Of a stretch of 64,000 nt of DNA, positions 9,910 to 20,016 are shown piece by piece. Where the stretch lies: IMG/VR virus record IMGVR_UViG_2910942425_000008, positions 1 through 64,000 of that record; one strand, written 5' to 3'. A model generated the notes under the pieces. The model was not told the origin of the DNA, did not search any database, and saw only the letters and a list, made by a program, of their open reading frames with translations. The stretch comes from a virus. Lineage: Duplodnaviria > Caudoviricetes. The first letter of the stretch is position 1. Each line of letters opens with the position of its first letter. The position numbers and the translations under genes are program-made.

Positions 9910-10587
9910 TTAATTTTGATTTTGTTGTTCGACAATTTTTCTTGTACCTGCATTAATAGCGGCTGCGATAATTTCAGAATCTTTCACATCATCGTTTCCA
10001 CTTCCCGGAGGCACTGTTTCTCTGAATCCGTTGTTTGTAAGTTCCTGATTGCGTTCGCCCCATTTGGTACTGATTTTTTCAGCCCAAGTATTTACATCGT
10101 TCTCGTCTTTGAAAGTCCGACCATCCAATATGTCAGAAGAGTACCATTCAGGCACTTTCTTTTCGGTAAGTAGGCTTGTTAGTTTTTGAGAGAGCGTTTC
10201 ATGCGTTTTTTCAGCTTGTTGCGCTCCAACGGTAGATGCAAGGGTTTGAACCGTTGCAGTCAGCCCCTCAATAGCTTTTTGCCATTCGGGAACTTCCACG
10301 TCAGGATTCTTTGTTGGTTCGGGGATTGATTTTTTCAATTCCTCGATAGTTTTGTTAAGCTCGGATTCTTTAGCTGTAACAGAACTTGCAGCAACACTAT
10401 TAATATTCGCTTGTACCGCTTGCAATACAGGAACAAACGGCTTAATAGCTTCTGCAATTTGGTTCTCATCGGTGATTTTTTCAACGTCGATAAGACCTAC
10501 ATAAGTGTTAATTGTAGCATCCGATACAGAGGTTTTTCCTCCGACCAGAATTGCCGTTTTTAGTGCATTAAAGATTTTTTCTTTCAT
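9910..10587 (-). CDS. Capsid scaffolding protein
   Basis: MKEKIFNALKT N-terminus, coiled coil, VPEW motifs; upstream of the capsid genes. Confidence 0.7.
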   Translation of the reverse strand: MKEKIFNALKTAILVGGKTSVSDATINTYVGLIDVEKITDENQIAEAIKPFVPVLQAVQANINSVAASSVTAKESELNKTIEELKKSIPEPTKNPDVEVPEWQKAIEGLTATVQTLASTVGAQQAEKTHETLSQKLTSLLTEKKVPEWYSSDILDGRTFKDENDVNTWAEKISTKWGERNQELTNNGFRETVPPGSGNDDVKDSEIIAAAINAGTRKIVEQQNQN

Positions 10588-10686
10588 TGCTTATGAAGAT
10601 TTATTAAATAAAAAAAGCGTGACTACCCCCGATTTGGGAATAATCACGCCTAGCTATAATTATCTTATTTTATATGTATGTATATT

Positions 10687-11256
10687 TTAATCCAGTTCTT
10701 TCGCTTTTGTTTCTTTCACGAAATACTTAAAGCTTTTTTTGCTGAATTTATCAAACACGGTTCCACTGTCGTTCTTTTCTACAACTGATAATCCTCGCTT
10801 ATTGATAATACATTTAGCTTCTTCTATTGGGATTATATTCCCAAAGTAAACGTAAGAAACCACATCAATGCACTCTGCATCTCCATTGACATCAACAATA
10901 ACTGTATTTGCTTTAGTGGCAAGCGACATAACTTCGTATATTTCCTCAACGCCATTTCCAAACATATGTCTTGTTGAAAAATATTTTATTACCATTGTTG
11001 GGAGGTTCCTCAATATTGATGTTTCAATAACATTGAACTTTCTCCCTAATACATCTTTTATGTCCTTTTTTTCAATTTGAAATTCTTTACATTTTGGATA
11101 CAATCTTTGAACTATTCTTTTTGCTAGCCTAGGATAAATCAATGAGAATTGTATGCTTCTGAGAACATACCCTTTCTCATTGACAATATTATACCCATTG
11201 AGTATTTCACTCAATTTGCTATTTATAAGATCTTCTTTGTTTGCAAGCTCGCTCAT
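10687..11256 (-). CDS. Hypothetical protein
   Basis: 189-aa ORF flanked by terminator-like hairpins. Confidence 0.6.
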   Translation of the reverse strand: MSELANKEDLINSKLSEILNGYNIVNEKGYVLRSIQFSLIYPRLAKRIVQRLYPKCKEFQIEKKDIKDVLGRKFNVIETSILRNLPTMVIKYFSTRHMFGNGVEEIYEVMSLATKANTVIVDVNGDAECIDVVSYVYFGNIIPIEEAKCIINKRGLSVVEKNDSGTVFDKFSKKSFKYFVKETKAKELD

Positions 11257-11410
11257 TTACTACAATTTTCCACTAAGTTACTTGCAATAAAAGGTATAGG
11301 AAAGGAATTTAAAGGAGGGGAATAAACAGTTTTGTTTTAGTTTGTGAGTAGGTGCAAAAAGAAAAAGACACTCTATAGCAGGGTGTCTTTTAGTGGGGTG
11401 TTTCGGAGTT

Positions 11411-11761
11411 TTATCTTAGCGATGGGGGTGTTGTACTCCTGTATTTATCGTTTATTGCTTTTATATCATCGTATATCGAGACAGGCGCAATAATTCTTCC
11501 ATTAGGAGCAATAAGGCCTTCTTTTTTGTAGAACCGTGTAAGATAGAAAGACACATACAATTTATTTGTACTGTTTACTTTCAATCCATATAGGATAAAA
11601 GCAGCATCTAATAAATCTTTAAATTCCACTCTCATATCTCGACAGACACGATCTTCGCCTTTAAATAGGAAAAGTTCTTTCATTACATCAAAACCGTTAA
11701 TGCTGTCATATACATCAATCGTTTCTTTATCCACTTTGTCTTTACTTTCTATCTTTTTCAT
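11411..11761 (-). CDS. Hypothetical protein
   Basis: 116-aa ORF in a co-oriented cluster. Confidence 0.55.
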   Translation of the reverse strand: MKKIESKDKVDKETIDVYDSINGFDVMKELFLFKGEDRVCRDMRVEFKDLLDAAFILYGLKVNSTNKLYVSFYLTRFYKKEGLIAPNGRIIAPVSIYDDIKAINDKYRSTTPPSLR

Positions 11762-11797
11762 TTCATTTTCAATTTATATTCAATAAAACCTTTTCTG

Positions 11798-11995
11798 CTA
11801 TTTGTGCCTTAAATAATGATTATCAGTTAATATATCGTTATCAGGGTCAAGGATAGACACAAGTTCAAAGACAAGACCTTCGGTTATATTCATTGCATAT
11901 TGGTCATTTATGGCACGTCCTAGTTTTATGATTACTTTAGCTCGCGTCTCTTTGCTCACTTCTTCCATTCGGAAAACATCAATAATACTTTTCAT
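11798..11995 (-). CDS. Small hypothetical protein, paralog of 29964-30161
   Basis: Highly similar 65-aa protein occurs twice; 35 nt identical. Confidence 0.75.
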   Translation of the reverse strand: MKSIIDVFRMEEVSKETRAKVIIKLGRAINDQYAMNITEGLVFELVSILDPDNDILTDNHYLRHK

Positions 11996-11998
11996 ATC

Positions 11999-12223
11999 TC
12001 AATCTATAAATCCATTCAACGTTAAGCTATCAAGATCGCAAAGCATCCTTAGCGCCTTACCGTCCTTTTCCACATATACAGGCTGTTTGCCGTTGATAAG
12101 ACTATCTTTGTGATAAGTCCTACCTTTTAAGCCTGTTTTAGTCGTTACCAGATAACCAGAATTAGAATGACTATCTGTCATACGTTCACAGAACCAGATA
12201 TCATCGGGGGTTAGTTCGCTCAT
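11999..12223 (-). CDS. Hypothetical protein
   Basis: Tightly packed ORF. Confidence 0.6.
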   Translation of the reverse strand: MSELTPDDIWFCERMTDSHSNSGYLVTTKTGLKGRTYHKDSLINGKQPVYVEKDGKALRMLCDLDSLTLNGFID

Positions 12224-12447
12224 GTCTTTAAGTTTTTATAATTTTCAAAAGCTTCTTTAAATAATATATCTTGCAGATTAGAGAACTCGATAAATAGCTG
12301 TTCGCTGTCTGATTGAGCCATATCGTGCCACAAAACTGACTCTTCCATTTCGCCACTTAAATACATACCCAAATCTAAATACCTCGCAACATTATCGCTA
12401 CTGCTATAATATGGGTGATAGGTTTCTATAAATAATTGTAAATTCAT
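12220..12447 (-). CDS. Hypothetical protein
   Basis: ATGA overlap with its neighbour. Confidence 0.6.
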   Translation of the reverse strand: MNLQLFIETYHPYYSSSDNVARYLDLGMYLSGEMEESVLWHDMAQSDSEQLFIEFSNLQDILFKEAFENYKNLKT

Positions 12448-12450
12448 ATC

Positions 12451-12642
12451 TCATTCTTCTACATATTCGTTGTAAAAAATACTGATAGTTATGTTTTTCT
12501 CGCATTCTGATTGCAGGATATTGAGAATTACACATTTGCCATCTTTGGTGTTTTCGGCAAGCCATTCGTTTATTGATGCTTGAAAATCGAATTGTAGTCT
12601 ACCGTTACTTCTGAAAATCTTTACTTTTAATTGATGTGTCAT
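12451..12642 (-). CDS. Hypothetical protein
   Basis: Tightly packed ORF. Confidence 0.55.
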   Translation of the reverse strand: MTHQLKVKIFRSNGRLQFDFQASINEWLAENTKDGKCVILNILQSECEKNITISIFYNEYVEE

Positions 12643-12648
12643 GATTAT

Positions 12649-12903
12649 TTATTTTTCAAGTTGTTTCGTAAAATCGTTTAATAACTCTTTATATCTTTTT
12701 TCGCAGGCATCTAAACCACAATAGTTTTCTAAATATGTAGCAAAAGCGGCAACCGCTTTGCCTTTCATTACATTTGCACCTGAAAGGAAGCCGAGTTCAA
12801 CAGGTCGGGCTATATTTGTATTTGGGAAGCCGACAGCTTTATTTGATTTTTCAGCATATTCTTTCGCTCGTTTTTCGATTGAGGATAATTCTTTATTTGC
12901 CAT
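12649..12903 (-). CDS. Hypothetical protein
   Basis: Tightly packed ORF. Confidence 0.55.
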   Translation of the reverse strand: MANKELSSIEKRAKEYAEKSNKAVGFPNTNIARPVELGFLSGANVMKGKAVAAFATYLENYCGLDACEKRYKELLNDFTKQLEK

Positions 12904-12907
12904 TATG

Positions 12908-13141
12908 TTATTGTCTTATTTGTTTTAGTAATTTATTTAATCCACGCCCAGATATAACACCTTTACCTGTATGCCAACCCGAATAAGGAAATAACTTAAC
13001 GGTATTGCCGTTAAACTCAAATCGTATTTCTGTATCATTCTCGAAGCTTATCTCATAACCTAATTTTTGAATTTGCTCTTTTGCATAAGCCATTCTTTTA
13101 GGTTCTAATTCTTTTTGTCGTTCTATATCTAATCGTGCCAT
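12908..13141 (-). CDS. Conserved phage hypothetical protein
   Basis: KLFPYSGWHTGKGVISGRG motif recurrent in phages. Confidence 0.65.
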   Translation of the reverse strand: MARLDIERQKELEPKRMAYAKEQIQKLGYEISFENDTEIRFEFNGNTVKLFPYSGWHTGKGVISGRGLNKLLKQIRQ

Positions 13142-13145
13142 ATTT

Positions 13146-13424
13146 TTACAAATAATTTTCTCTTTTGCCCTTTTCGGGATTCAATGATAATTGACCTTTG
13201 TTTAACAGGTGATAACCTACATTGAGGCTAAAACCGCCTTGACCTCTATTGCCTTTCTCGGTATAATACACATACTGAATTGTATTCGTGTACTTATTGT
13301 ATTTAGGTCTGAAAGAACCTATCTTTTGACTACCCTTTACCATGATATAGCCGTAAAGGGTAGGTTTGGTTTGAAGTAGGTTGAATAGCGTCATGATTCT
13401 GATAATTTTACATATTGCAAACAT
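13146..13424 (-). CDS. Hypothetical protein
   Basis: ORF downstream of a structured leader. Confidence 0.5.
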   Translation of the reverse strand: MFAICKIIRIMTLFNLLQTKPTLYGYIMVKGSQKIGSFRPKYNKYTNTIQYVYYTEKGNRGQGGFSLNVGYHLLNKGQLSLNPEKGKRENYL

Positions 13425-13563
13425 GCAACGAACTCATTACTATCTCTAAAGGTTATGACTGCGACATTGCCCGATCTAATTATTTTGCAAAAGTCACCTT
13501 TGTACGAATTGAGTTCTTCTAAAAACTCATCATAATTTGTGAAATGATAAATCTGTTTCATTA

Positions 13564-13887
13564 CTATATATTTATAATATTATAATTTGCTTTCTTGAAA
13601 CAGCGATATTCTTGTACTTCTGTATCGAAGTATGTTTGTACTGTGTCGTTTGATTTTCTTTCGCCCTTTGTTTCAGGCAAAACAGATTCTTGAAGTGTGC
13701 CATAGGCTTCACGAGTCGAACCATCTACCTTTTTGAAGTAGAACTTCACAATTTTACTTTTCATAGCAATTTTCAGTTTTATATTAACCCAAGCTACCTT
13801 TAACGCTTCACTCATAGAAAAACCATTTCTACGCACAAATTGCCATGCGAGCGACATTACTGATCTTAATACTTCTTTTGTTTTCAT
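13564..13887 (-). CDS. SH3-fold/WYL-like phage protein (MSLAW...MSEALKVAW family)
   Basis: VKFYFKKVDGSTREAYGTL...YFDTE...RCFKKAN motifs. Confidence 0.75.
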   Translation of the reverse strand: MKTKEVLRSVMSLAWQFVRRNGFSMSEALKVAWVNIKLKIAMKSKIVKFYFKKVDGSTREAYGTLQESVLPETKGERKSNDTVQTYFDTEVQEYRCFKKANYNIINI

Positions 13888-13905
13888 TGTCGTGTGATTA
13901 TATTG

Positions 13906-14109
13906 TTAGATTACTTCTACTGCTTCTACTTTATATGAATTAGCTATGTAACAGCCAGCTTCTTTATCATCTTGTTCGTAGACAGGTATCAATTCTAAAG
14001 CTTCGCTTTCAAATCTTAGAACTTCTGATACTTCATTGCCTGTGATTGTATCTACTACTACGAATCTTGTTTTTGTTGAACTTGCTATTCTCATATCTGT
14101 TGTTATCAA
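13906..14109 (-). CDS. Hypothetical protein
   Basis: First ORF of the operon diverging from the Xre gene. Confidence 0.55.
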   Translation of the reverse strand: MITTDMRIASSTKTRFVVVDTITGNEVSEVLRFESEALELIPVYEQDDKEAGCYIANSYKVEAVEVI

Positions 14110-14227
14110 TAATTCAAACTATGTTTTTATTTTCTTTATACAAATATCAATATATAATTTGAAATGCACAAATATTTTTCAATAAATTTTCAAATTATTT
14201 TTTGATTTATTTATCAATACATATAGT

Positions 14228-14276
14228 TATAGTTTGAAAACAAGTACTATATTTGCATCAAACTATAGTTTGAAAA
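14228..14276 (+). promoter_or_regulatory. Promoter and operator of Xre gene 14278
   Basis: TATATTTG -7 box; perfect palindrome CAAACTATAGTTTG at 14259-14272; TATAGTTTGAAAA occurs twice. Confidence 0.6.
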
Positions 14277-14277
14277 T

Positions 14278-14553
14278 ATGTTATTAGAAAGAGTAAAATC
14301 AATCTGCGACGAAAAAGGCATAACGCTAAAGATTCTCGCAGAGAAAAGGATGAATATAACCTATCAGGCGTTATACGCTGCGTTATCAGGAAACCCCACC
14401 ATAGGAAAGGTGAAAGATATTGCCAACGCTCTTGGAGTTGATTATATAGAGCTTCTTGAAGAAAGATCAGAAGTGAAAATATTAATCGAATATCAGGGAG
14501 AAACCAAACGTATAACCGAAACTGATTTAATTAAACTTTTTAATGAGAAATAA
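14278..14553 (+). CDS. Xre-family HTH regulator
   Basis: KGITLKILAE...NPTIGKVKDIANALGV HTH_3 pattern. Confidence 0.85.
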   Translation: MLLERVKSICDEKGITLKILAEKRMNITYQALYAALSGNPTIGKVKDIANALGVDYIELLEERSEVKILIEYQGETKRITETDLIKLFNEK

Positions 14554-14555
14554 AT

Positions 14556-14771
14556 ATGAATACGAAAGAGTTTTTCAAAGAAGCAATTATTCAAAAACTA
14601 GAAAATGAATATAAAGGTGTTACTCGTTATGCTAACATATATAACATGTATAGTAAAGATTTTACGGTATCCCAAACTATATTCATTGAAGCTTTAAATG
14701 AATTGGAGACAGAAGGTAAAATAATAGTTTCCCAAAATCGAAATTTCATTGAACTCCCAAATAGAAGATAG
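14556..14771 (+). CDS. Small winged-helix-like protein
   Basis: EALNELETEGKI pattern; co-transcribed with the Xre gene. Confidence 0.5.
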   Translation: MNTKEFFKEAIIQKLENEYKGVTRYANIYNMYSKDFTVSQTIFIEALNELETEGKIIVSQNRNFIELPNRR

Positions 14772-14780
14772 CCAATAACC

Positions 14781-15170
14781 ATGACCGAATTAGAACAATA
14801 TCAAAAAACGACTGAACTCCTGAATATGCAGGGAGAAAAGCCAACCGATGAACAGGTACAGGAGACAATCTCAATCATTAACGATAGATTGGCGTATAAA
14901 CCTATCAACCGGCACGTAAATGCAGCCGTAAAAGAGGGCTATTTGAAAGCAGTCGAAATACTCGAAAGCAAAGAAGTCGATTTCAATAAAGTGGATGCTT
15001 CAGGCCTCAAAACTGTGCAAGGTCGTGCGATTGCTTCCCTCGCTTGTGATTATTTAGTGGGGTTATGCGCTAAAAATACGCTCCTTATGGTCCCGCTCAA
15101 AGATGAAACTTGGGGCAAGCATAAGAGAGAATTAGAAGATAAGTTAGGAATAAAGGAGGTTGAGTTATGA
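14781..15170 (+). CDS. Hypothetical protein
   Basis: 129-aa ORF in the plus-strand operon. Confidence 0.6.
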   Translation: MTELEQYQKTTELLNMQGEKPTDEQVQETISIINDRLAYKPINRHVNAAVKEGYLKAVEILESKEVDFNKVDASGLKTVQGRAIASLACDYLVGLCAKNTLLMVPLKDETWGKHKRELEDKLGIKEVEL

Positions 15171-15316
15171 GCATCCAAGAAGAAATAATAGAATTACGGG
15201 CGACTATTGAGCAGTTCGCCAAAGCTAATAATTTGACTATTGATGAAGCTTGCAAATTGTTACTAATGAAAGGCAAAGACGTGCAAAATGAAGTGAAAGA
15301 GCAGACAGACCTATAA
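15167..15316 (+). CDS. 49-aa hypothetical protein
   Basis: Hand-translated MSIQEEIIELRATIEQ...; ATGA overlap. Confidence 0.45.
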   Translation: MSIQEEIIELRATIEQFAKANNLTIDEACKLLLMKGKDVQNEVKEQTDL

Positions 15317-16234
15317 TTCTATCACTGGCATCTCCGGTTGTTTAGGTACATAGCTCTCATCTTCCAATATCCTATCAAATTCTTCATCAGAGCATAATAT
15401 AGGGATGGTAACACACATGCACATGACGTGAAATCCGCTAAACTTAAACGTCTTAGGAAATACAAGACCATTCATAGCCGTACATATTGGACATATTGTG
15501 GCAACTCTATTTGAATTTTGAATGCGATAGCCTATAACAGCGGGGTTTTGCTGAAATCTTAGATACTCCGCCTCCCTGTAAGCCCTATTAATTTCATTTC
15601 TTGCGAGACGAAGGGCATTTTGATAGGAAGATCGGTAGACTCCACGCCCCGGATTAAATTTCAAATCCTTTGGAGAAACTCTTAAATCTCCGAATTTATC
15701 TCTAACACGTCTAATCCGTGAATTTGAATCTAACAGATATTTTTTAATGTCTTTCGCTAAAGACTTCGCAGACTGGCCATTGCTAACAGCCGCATTCAAA
15801 GCAGATTCAAGTTCATTTCTCAAATTAGCGTTTGAGTTCCACACCCTATCAGATAGGGTCAAGCCTTTAATTTTGCTTTCTCTGAAAGTTTTTAAAGCTT
15901 TTCCGTTGTGTGGTTTAAAAGCCCTTGGAGTTACTTTATTTCTTTTACCGAATACTTGATCTACCAAAGTATCGTTCTTCTCATTTGACAAAGCCCAGAC
16001 CTCCGTAGTGCGATTGTTTACATACAAGAATAACCGGACATTGACTTTATTAATCAAATCATCTGCTTTCTTTTTTATTGCAGGGTGATTTTTGAATAAG
16101 AAGTATTCTTTATCGGAAATACCGGCTAAAGATGCAGCAACGACAAGATCATCTACTAAATTGCCATAGATATTTTCGAGGTCTTTTAGTATTCGGAGTT
16201 GAGTTTCTTTATATTTTTTGTCGTATTTGTTCAT
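15311..16234 (-). CDS. Minor head morphogenesis protein (SPP1 gp7/Mu F family)
   Basis: YQNALRLARNEINRAY...CPIC...FHVMCMC motifs; downstream of the portal. Confidence 0.85.
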   Translation of the reverse strand: MNKYDKKYKETQLRILKDLENIYGNLVDDLVVAASLAGISDKEYFLFKNHPAIKKKADDLINKVNVRLFLYVNNRTTEVWALSNEKNDTLVDQVFGKRNKVTPRAFKPHNGKALKTFRESKIKGLTLSDRVWNSNANLRNELESALNAAVSNGQSAKSLAKDIKKYLLDSNSRIRRVRDKFGDLRVSPKDLKFNPGRGVYRSSYQNALRLARNEINRAYREAEYLRFQQNPAVIGYRIQNSNRVATICPICTAMNGLVFPKTFKFSGFHVMCMCVTIPILCSDEEFDRILEDESYVPKQPEMPVIEL

Positions 16235-16701
16235 ATATTACAGAAGAAAATATCTTTATTATAGAAATCTCGAAAGCTGAATAATCCGTACACCTTTGGG
16301 TAATAAGACTTCAATTCAGTCCAGTCATAGAGATAAAAAGGTTCATCGAGTAAACTATCGCAAACCTCTATCGTTTGCCCTGAACGCCCACCGTTATGCA
16401 TCTTGATACCTATCATGTGGTTTTTTTCCCTTGTTGCTTGAATCGAAATAAGAGCAGGCCAGTAAAGAACGTTACTTTCAAATTTTATATCTATTTTCGG
16501 GAGTGAAACGAGTTTCCCTGTATATTTTAGTGTATCAATCCAAAAGGAGTGACCATCTTGAAATAACCAGTTCGTAATTTGACCAATATTGTTGCCAGCT
16601 TTGCTTAGCTCTAATCGTTCGTCCGTTACGAAGTTTTCTAAATTAATAACATTTGCAACTGAGTACAGTCCACAACCATAACCTCTTTCTTGTGTTAGCA
16701 T
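16231..16701 (-). CDS. Hypothetical protein, possibly papain-like peptidase fold
   Basis: GCGLYSVAN N-terminal Cys motif, NHMIG His, later DS. Confidence 0.45.
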   Translation of the reverse strand: MLTQERGYGCGLYSVANVINLENFVTDERLELSKAGNNIGQITNWLFQDGHSFWIDTLKYTGKLVSLPKIDIKFESNVLYWPALISIQATREKNHMIGIKMHNGGRSGQTIEVCDSLLDEPFYLYDWTELKSYYPKVYGLFSFRDFYNKDIFFCNI

Positions 16702-16959
16702 TGTTTTTCGAATAAAGTTTTAAAGAATACTTTCACCCACATACATGACGCTTTAGTAAACACTTTTACCCACAACCAAGCAATATACCATTTGCGAGGC
16801 TGAATATTTACAGATAATCTACTACCTATTGAGGGAGCTTGTGATATTTTGAATTTAAGTAGGTTCATAATTAAATAGACTTCCGTTTACCGCTTTTGTA
16901 TCTTCTCGTTGGTCTATTCTCTCTGTGATATAGAGAGCGGAGGAAATTTAGGATTGCTT

Positions 16960-17163
16960 TCATTTGTTATCTTTTTTTATTCTTTCATTAAATCTCATTA
17001 CCAACTCACCGACCAATAAATCATAGTCGCTATCAGGTTTTGCAGGGATATGCCTTGTGGGTATTTCCCTCTTTTGGAACATTTCATCTGTCATTTTATC
17101 TACCTTTTCGAGTAGTTCTTCATCTGACAGCTTGCATAATCTAAATGATACAATTGAGTTCAT
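16960..17163 (-). CDS. Conserved phage hypothetical protein
   Basis: IPTRHIPAKPDSDYDLL motif. Confidence 0.6.
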   Translation of the reverse strand: MNSIVSFRLCKLSDEELLEKVDKMTDEMFQKREIPTRHIPAKPDSDYDLLVGELVMRFNERIKKDNK

Positions 17164-17175
17164 GTTGGTTCAATT

Positions 17176-17342
17176 TATGGTTCAAAATTCAATACAAAAG
17201 ATTTAGGTATAAGCATAAATAGCTCCGTTTCACTCAACCCTCTATTCTGTTCTCTCTGTATGGATGTAGTTATTACAATCCATAATGATATTATGCAAAT
17301 TGCATAGAAAATATATTCATTTATTTTTTTACCTTTTTTCAT
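17176..17342 (-). CDS. 55-aa membrane peptide
   Basis: Hand-translated MKKGKKINEYIFYAICIISLWIVIT...; overlaps the portal stop codon. Confidence 0.45.
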
Positions 17343-18829
17343 TCTTCATTTCCTCCTATCGGATAATTACTATACTCATTTTTCTTTGCTTCATCGGCTT
17401 CGATTGCATCAATTTCCGTTTCAATATCATCTTCTTCTACTAGTCCGGCAAGGATAATACCAGTCTTTCTTGATGCGATACCAGAACCCACCGCATCAGA
17501 TGCATCTTTTATTTTTTCTGACACGGAATCAATCATATAAGGCACAATCTGTACATCTATATCTATTGTTTCGGCTGCATCAGCATACGCAGTATTAACC
17601 GAACCGATAGCAGACACAAGGAAGTTATACCTACGTTGCAAATGTTCGCCTAAAGTTTCAGCGTGCATCTCTACGGCCATGTGAGCCCCCATAAATGCAT
17701 ATTTGAAGCTCACCCCGGAGAAAGCATTACCTAAGCCTTGCAAGTTCTCGAAACTGATACGAGGCGTATTTGTAAGCGAATAGACTCTTTCTGTCAACGT
17801 ATCTATCTCCAACTTTGCAGCTTCAGGTGTTTGCTGCCAGGACAGATATTTAAGATCGCCACCGTTCTCGACTTTAACCATACCTCCCCGTGCTGCTTTT
17901 GGATTGTTGCCTGTCACTTCACCGATAGCGACCAATTTCGGGAAGAAATTATAATCAATACAATCACCATAGTTCGATAAAATAGTCTCAAGACGATTTC
18001 GGATAGGGCGTATTTTTGCACATAGCGATTCAGGTCGTGGACTGTATATTGTTGGATTTTTAGGAAAGTTATGTCTGAAAGGATGTTTATCCGCATCTTT
18101 CCAATCTGCACCATTTTGCACCCACAAATAAACATGCATATCATCTACGAATTGAAAATAATTAACGACAGTGCCGTCAGTCTGTTTTACCTTGTATTCG
18201 CGCCCCAACCCCTTGTAATCATTCACATCATCAAAAAACGGATAAAGCACATCTCCGCGAAAAGGAGACCAAATAGCACACTTAAATTTGCGGGTAGCAT
18301 TAGCCTTAACTCCAAAAGCTGATTTTACTTTATTCAGAATAAGTTTCCAGAAGCTTTTATCTTCAACTGTATACCAATACTCTGCAACTTCTGTTTCTGC
18401 CAACCAAGATCGGACAATGCGTTTATTGTGATACTTAATTTTATTTTTGCGATCGATAGTCTTAACCACTTTGAAAAGCTCTTTCTCTTTATCATCGTCA
18501 GTTTCACAGGTCAAGTTAGGCTCTGTACCGACAGTAAAGGCAGTATGAATATTGACTATATCCTGTTCGAGTGGTAACGGAATACGATTAACCGGTTCTT
18601 CTTTGGTTACAGCAATCTTTATAATCTTATTCGTTAATGGATCTCTTTCTTCCGGCTTGATAACTTTTATTTCATCAGGGCGTTTTTCCTTATCCATAAC
18701 ATCATGAAGCATCGGATCCCAATCTTTACGGAGTTGATCTACATCAGGCAAAGGCGTTTTTCTAGCCTGCTTGATTAGCTTTATCTTTTCGGATATATTT
18801 TCTTGAGCTAATATTTCTTGTAATGTCAT
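17339..18829 (-). CDS. Portal protein, SPP1 type
   Basis: 496 aa directly after TerL; TNTPRISFENLQGLG motif. Confidence 0.9.
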   Translation of the reverse strand: MTLQEILAQENISEKIKLIKQARKTPLPDVDQLRKDWDPMLHDVMDKEKRPDEIKVIKPEERDPLTNKIIKIAVTKEEPVNRIPLPLEQDIVNIHTAFTVGTEPNLTCETDDDKEKELFKVVKTIDRKNKIKYHNKRIVRSWLAETEVAEYWYTVEDKSFWKLILNKVKSAFGVKANATRKFKCAIWSPFRGDVLYPFFDDVNDYKGLGREYKVKQTDGTVVNYFQFVDDMHVYLWVQNGADWKDADKHPFRHNFPKNPTIYSPRPESLCAKIRPIRNRLETILSNYGDCIDYNFFPKLVAIGEVTGNNPKAARGGMVKVENGGDLKYLSWQQTPEAAKLEIDTLTERVYSLTNTPRISFENLQGLGNAFSGVSFKYAFMGAHMAVEMHAETLGEHLQRRYNFLVSAIGSVNTAYADAAETIDIDVQIVPYMIDSVSEKIKDASDAVGSGIASRKTGIILAGLVEEDDIETEIDAIEADEAKKNEYSNYPIGGNEE

Positions 18830-18840
18830 ACAACTTTATT

Positions 18841-20016
18841 TTAATGAAACACCCCCGATAAATCGAATGACTTCCTATTTCTACCTAATATTTCCGAAAG
18901 AACAACATACCTACTCGCATCTATCCCATGATTATATGCATCAATAGGTTCATTCAACCATCTCTCGTCTTTATCTTGAAGGTATGTGTAGTTCTTAAAC
19001 TCTTTAATCAGATTCACAGACCGTTTCGTTACCTTTATATTCAATTCGAGCATCTTGTTTATTCCTGCCATAATAGAACCTTTGAATTTTTCGACAGGAT
19101 AAATATTAATACCTGCATTTTTAACCTCCTGTATCAGGCGGGGATCTGCGCTTTCTGATATTACTTTTAGTCCACTATACGGCTTTAGTTCTTTAACAAT
19201 ATCGGCAGATAGCATTTGTGTCCGATAAAATAATTCATCCAAATACAAAGTGTTATCCAATAGGGAAACATCAATTCCCGTTGACGGGTCATTGGTATAA
19301 CCAAAATCCAATCCTATCCACCTCTTCTTTACCCATTGCGGCACTTCGTCTACAATCTCAATATCCTTAAATATAAGCCCCTCAATTTGCGCTTGTAATC
19401 CTAATCCATATATCTGCCAGAGAGATTTATTTTTATGCTGTAAGCTCTCTATTTCGTCTATGATAGTTTTCTCCAAAAAAGGATTGTCTTTATATGTAGA
19501 AATGAAATGAAATGTTTTTTCTTCTTTATTTAGGTCACATAGCCAATGGTCATCGCTAAAGGAAGGATTATAGTCAACAATGGCAAACTTTGTTGTACGC
19601 ATCTTGAGTTGTTGCCATTCTATGAAAAGAAGCTCGTTAGCCTCATTCACATATAAAATATCTCTTTTACGCCCTCTCAATTTTTGCTCTGAATCGGTTG
19701 AGAAAAATTCAATCCAAGATCCATTAGGGAGAGTGTAAATCATCTCCGTTTTATTCAAACACCCGGAGTCAAAAATCCCCATATTATATAATATCTCTTT
19801 GAAGTCGACAAATACAGATCCCTTTATAGCAGGGAGGGTTGCACGTACAATAGACAGACGTGTAAATGGATGTTTAAGGCAATAATTTATAAGCCAAATC
19901 AGTATATTATACGTCTTGGAGCTTCGACTACTACCTTGAGCTGAAACAACATTGAATCCATCCTTTATAGCTTCGTCAACCTTACTGTATATCGGTGTTG
20001 TCTGAATCTTTGGCAT
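18841..20016 (-). CDS. Terminase large subunit, PBSX type
   Basis: Walker A QGSSRSSKT, YVNEANE, DFGYTNDP, NHGIDASRY. Confidence 0.93.
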   Translation of the reverse strand: MPKIQTTPIYSKVDEAIKDGFNVVSAQGSSRSSKTYNILIWLINYCLKHPFTRLSIVRATLPAIKGSVFVDFKEILYNMGIFDSGCLNKTEMIYTLPNGSWIEFFSTDSEQKLRGRKRDILYVNEANELLFIEWQQLKMRTTKFAIVDYNPSFSDDHWLCDLNKEEKTFHFISTYKDNPFLEKTIIDEIESLQHKNKSLWQIYGLGLQAQIEGLIFKDIEIVDEVPQWVKKRWIGLDFGYTNDPSTGIDVSLLDNTLYLDELFYRTQMLSADIVKELKPYSGLKVISESADPRLIQEVKNAGINIYPVEKFKGSIMAGINKMLELNIKVTKRSVNLIKEFKNYTYLQDKDERWLNEPIDAYNHGIDASRYVVLSEILGRNRKSFDLSGVFH

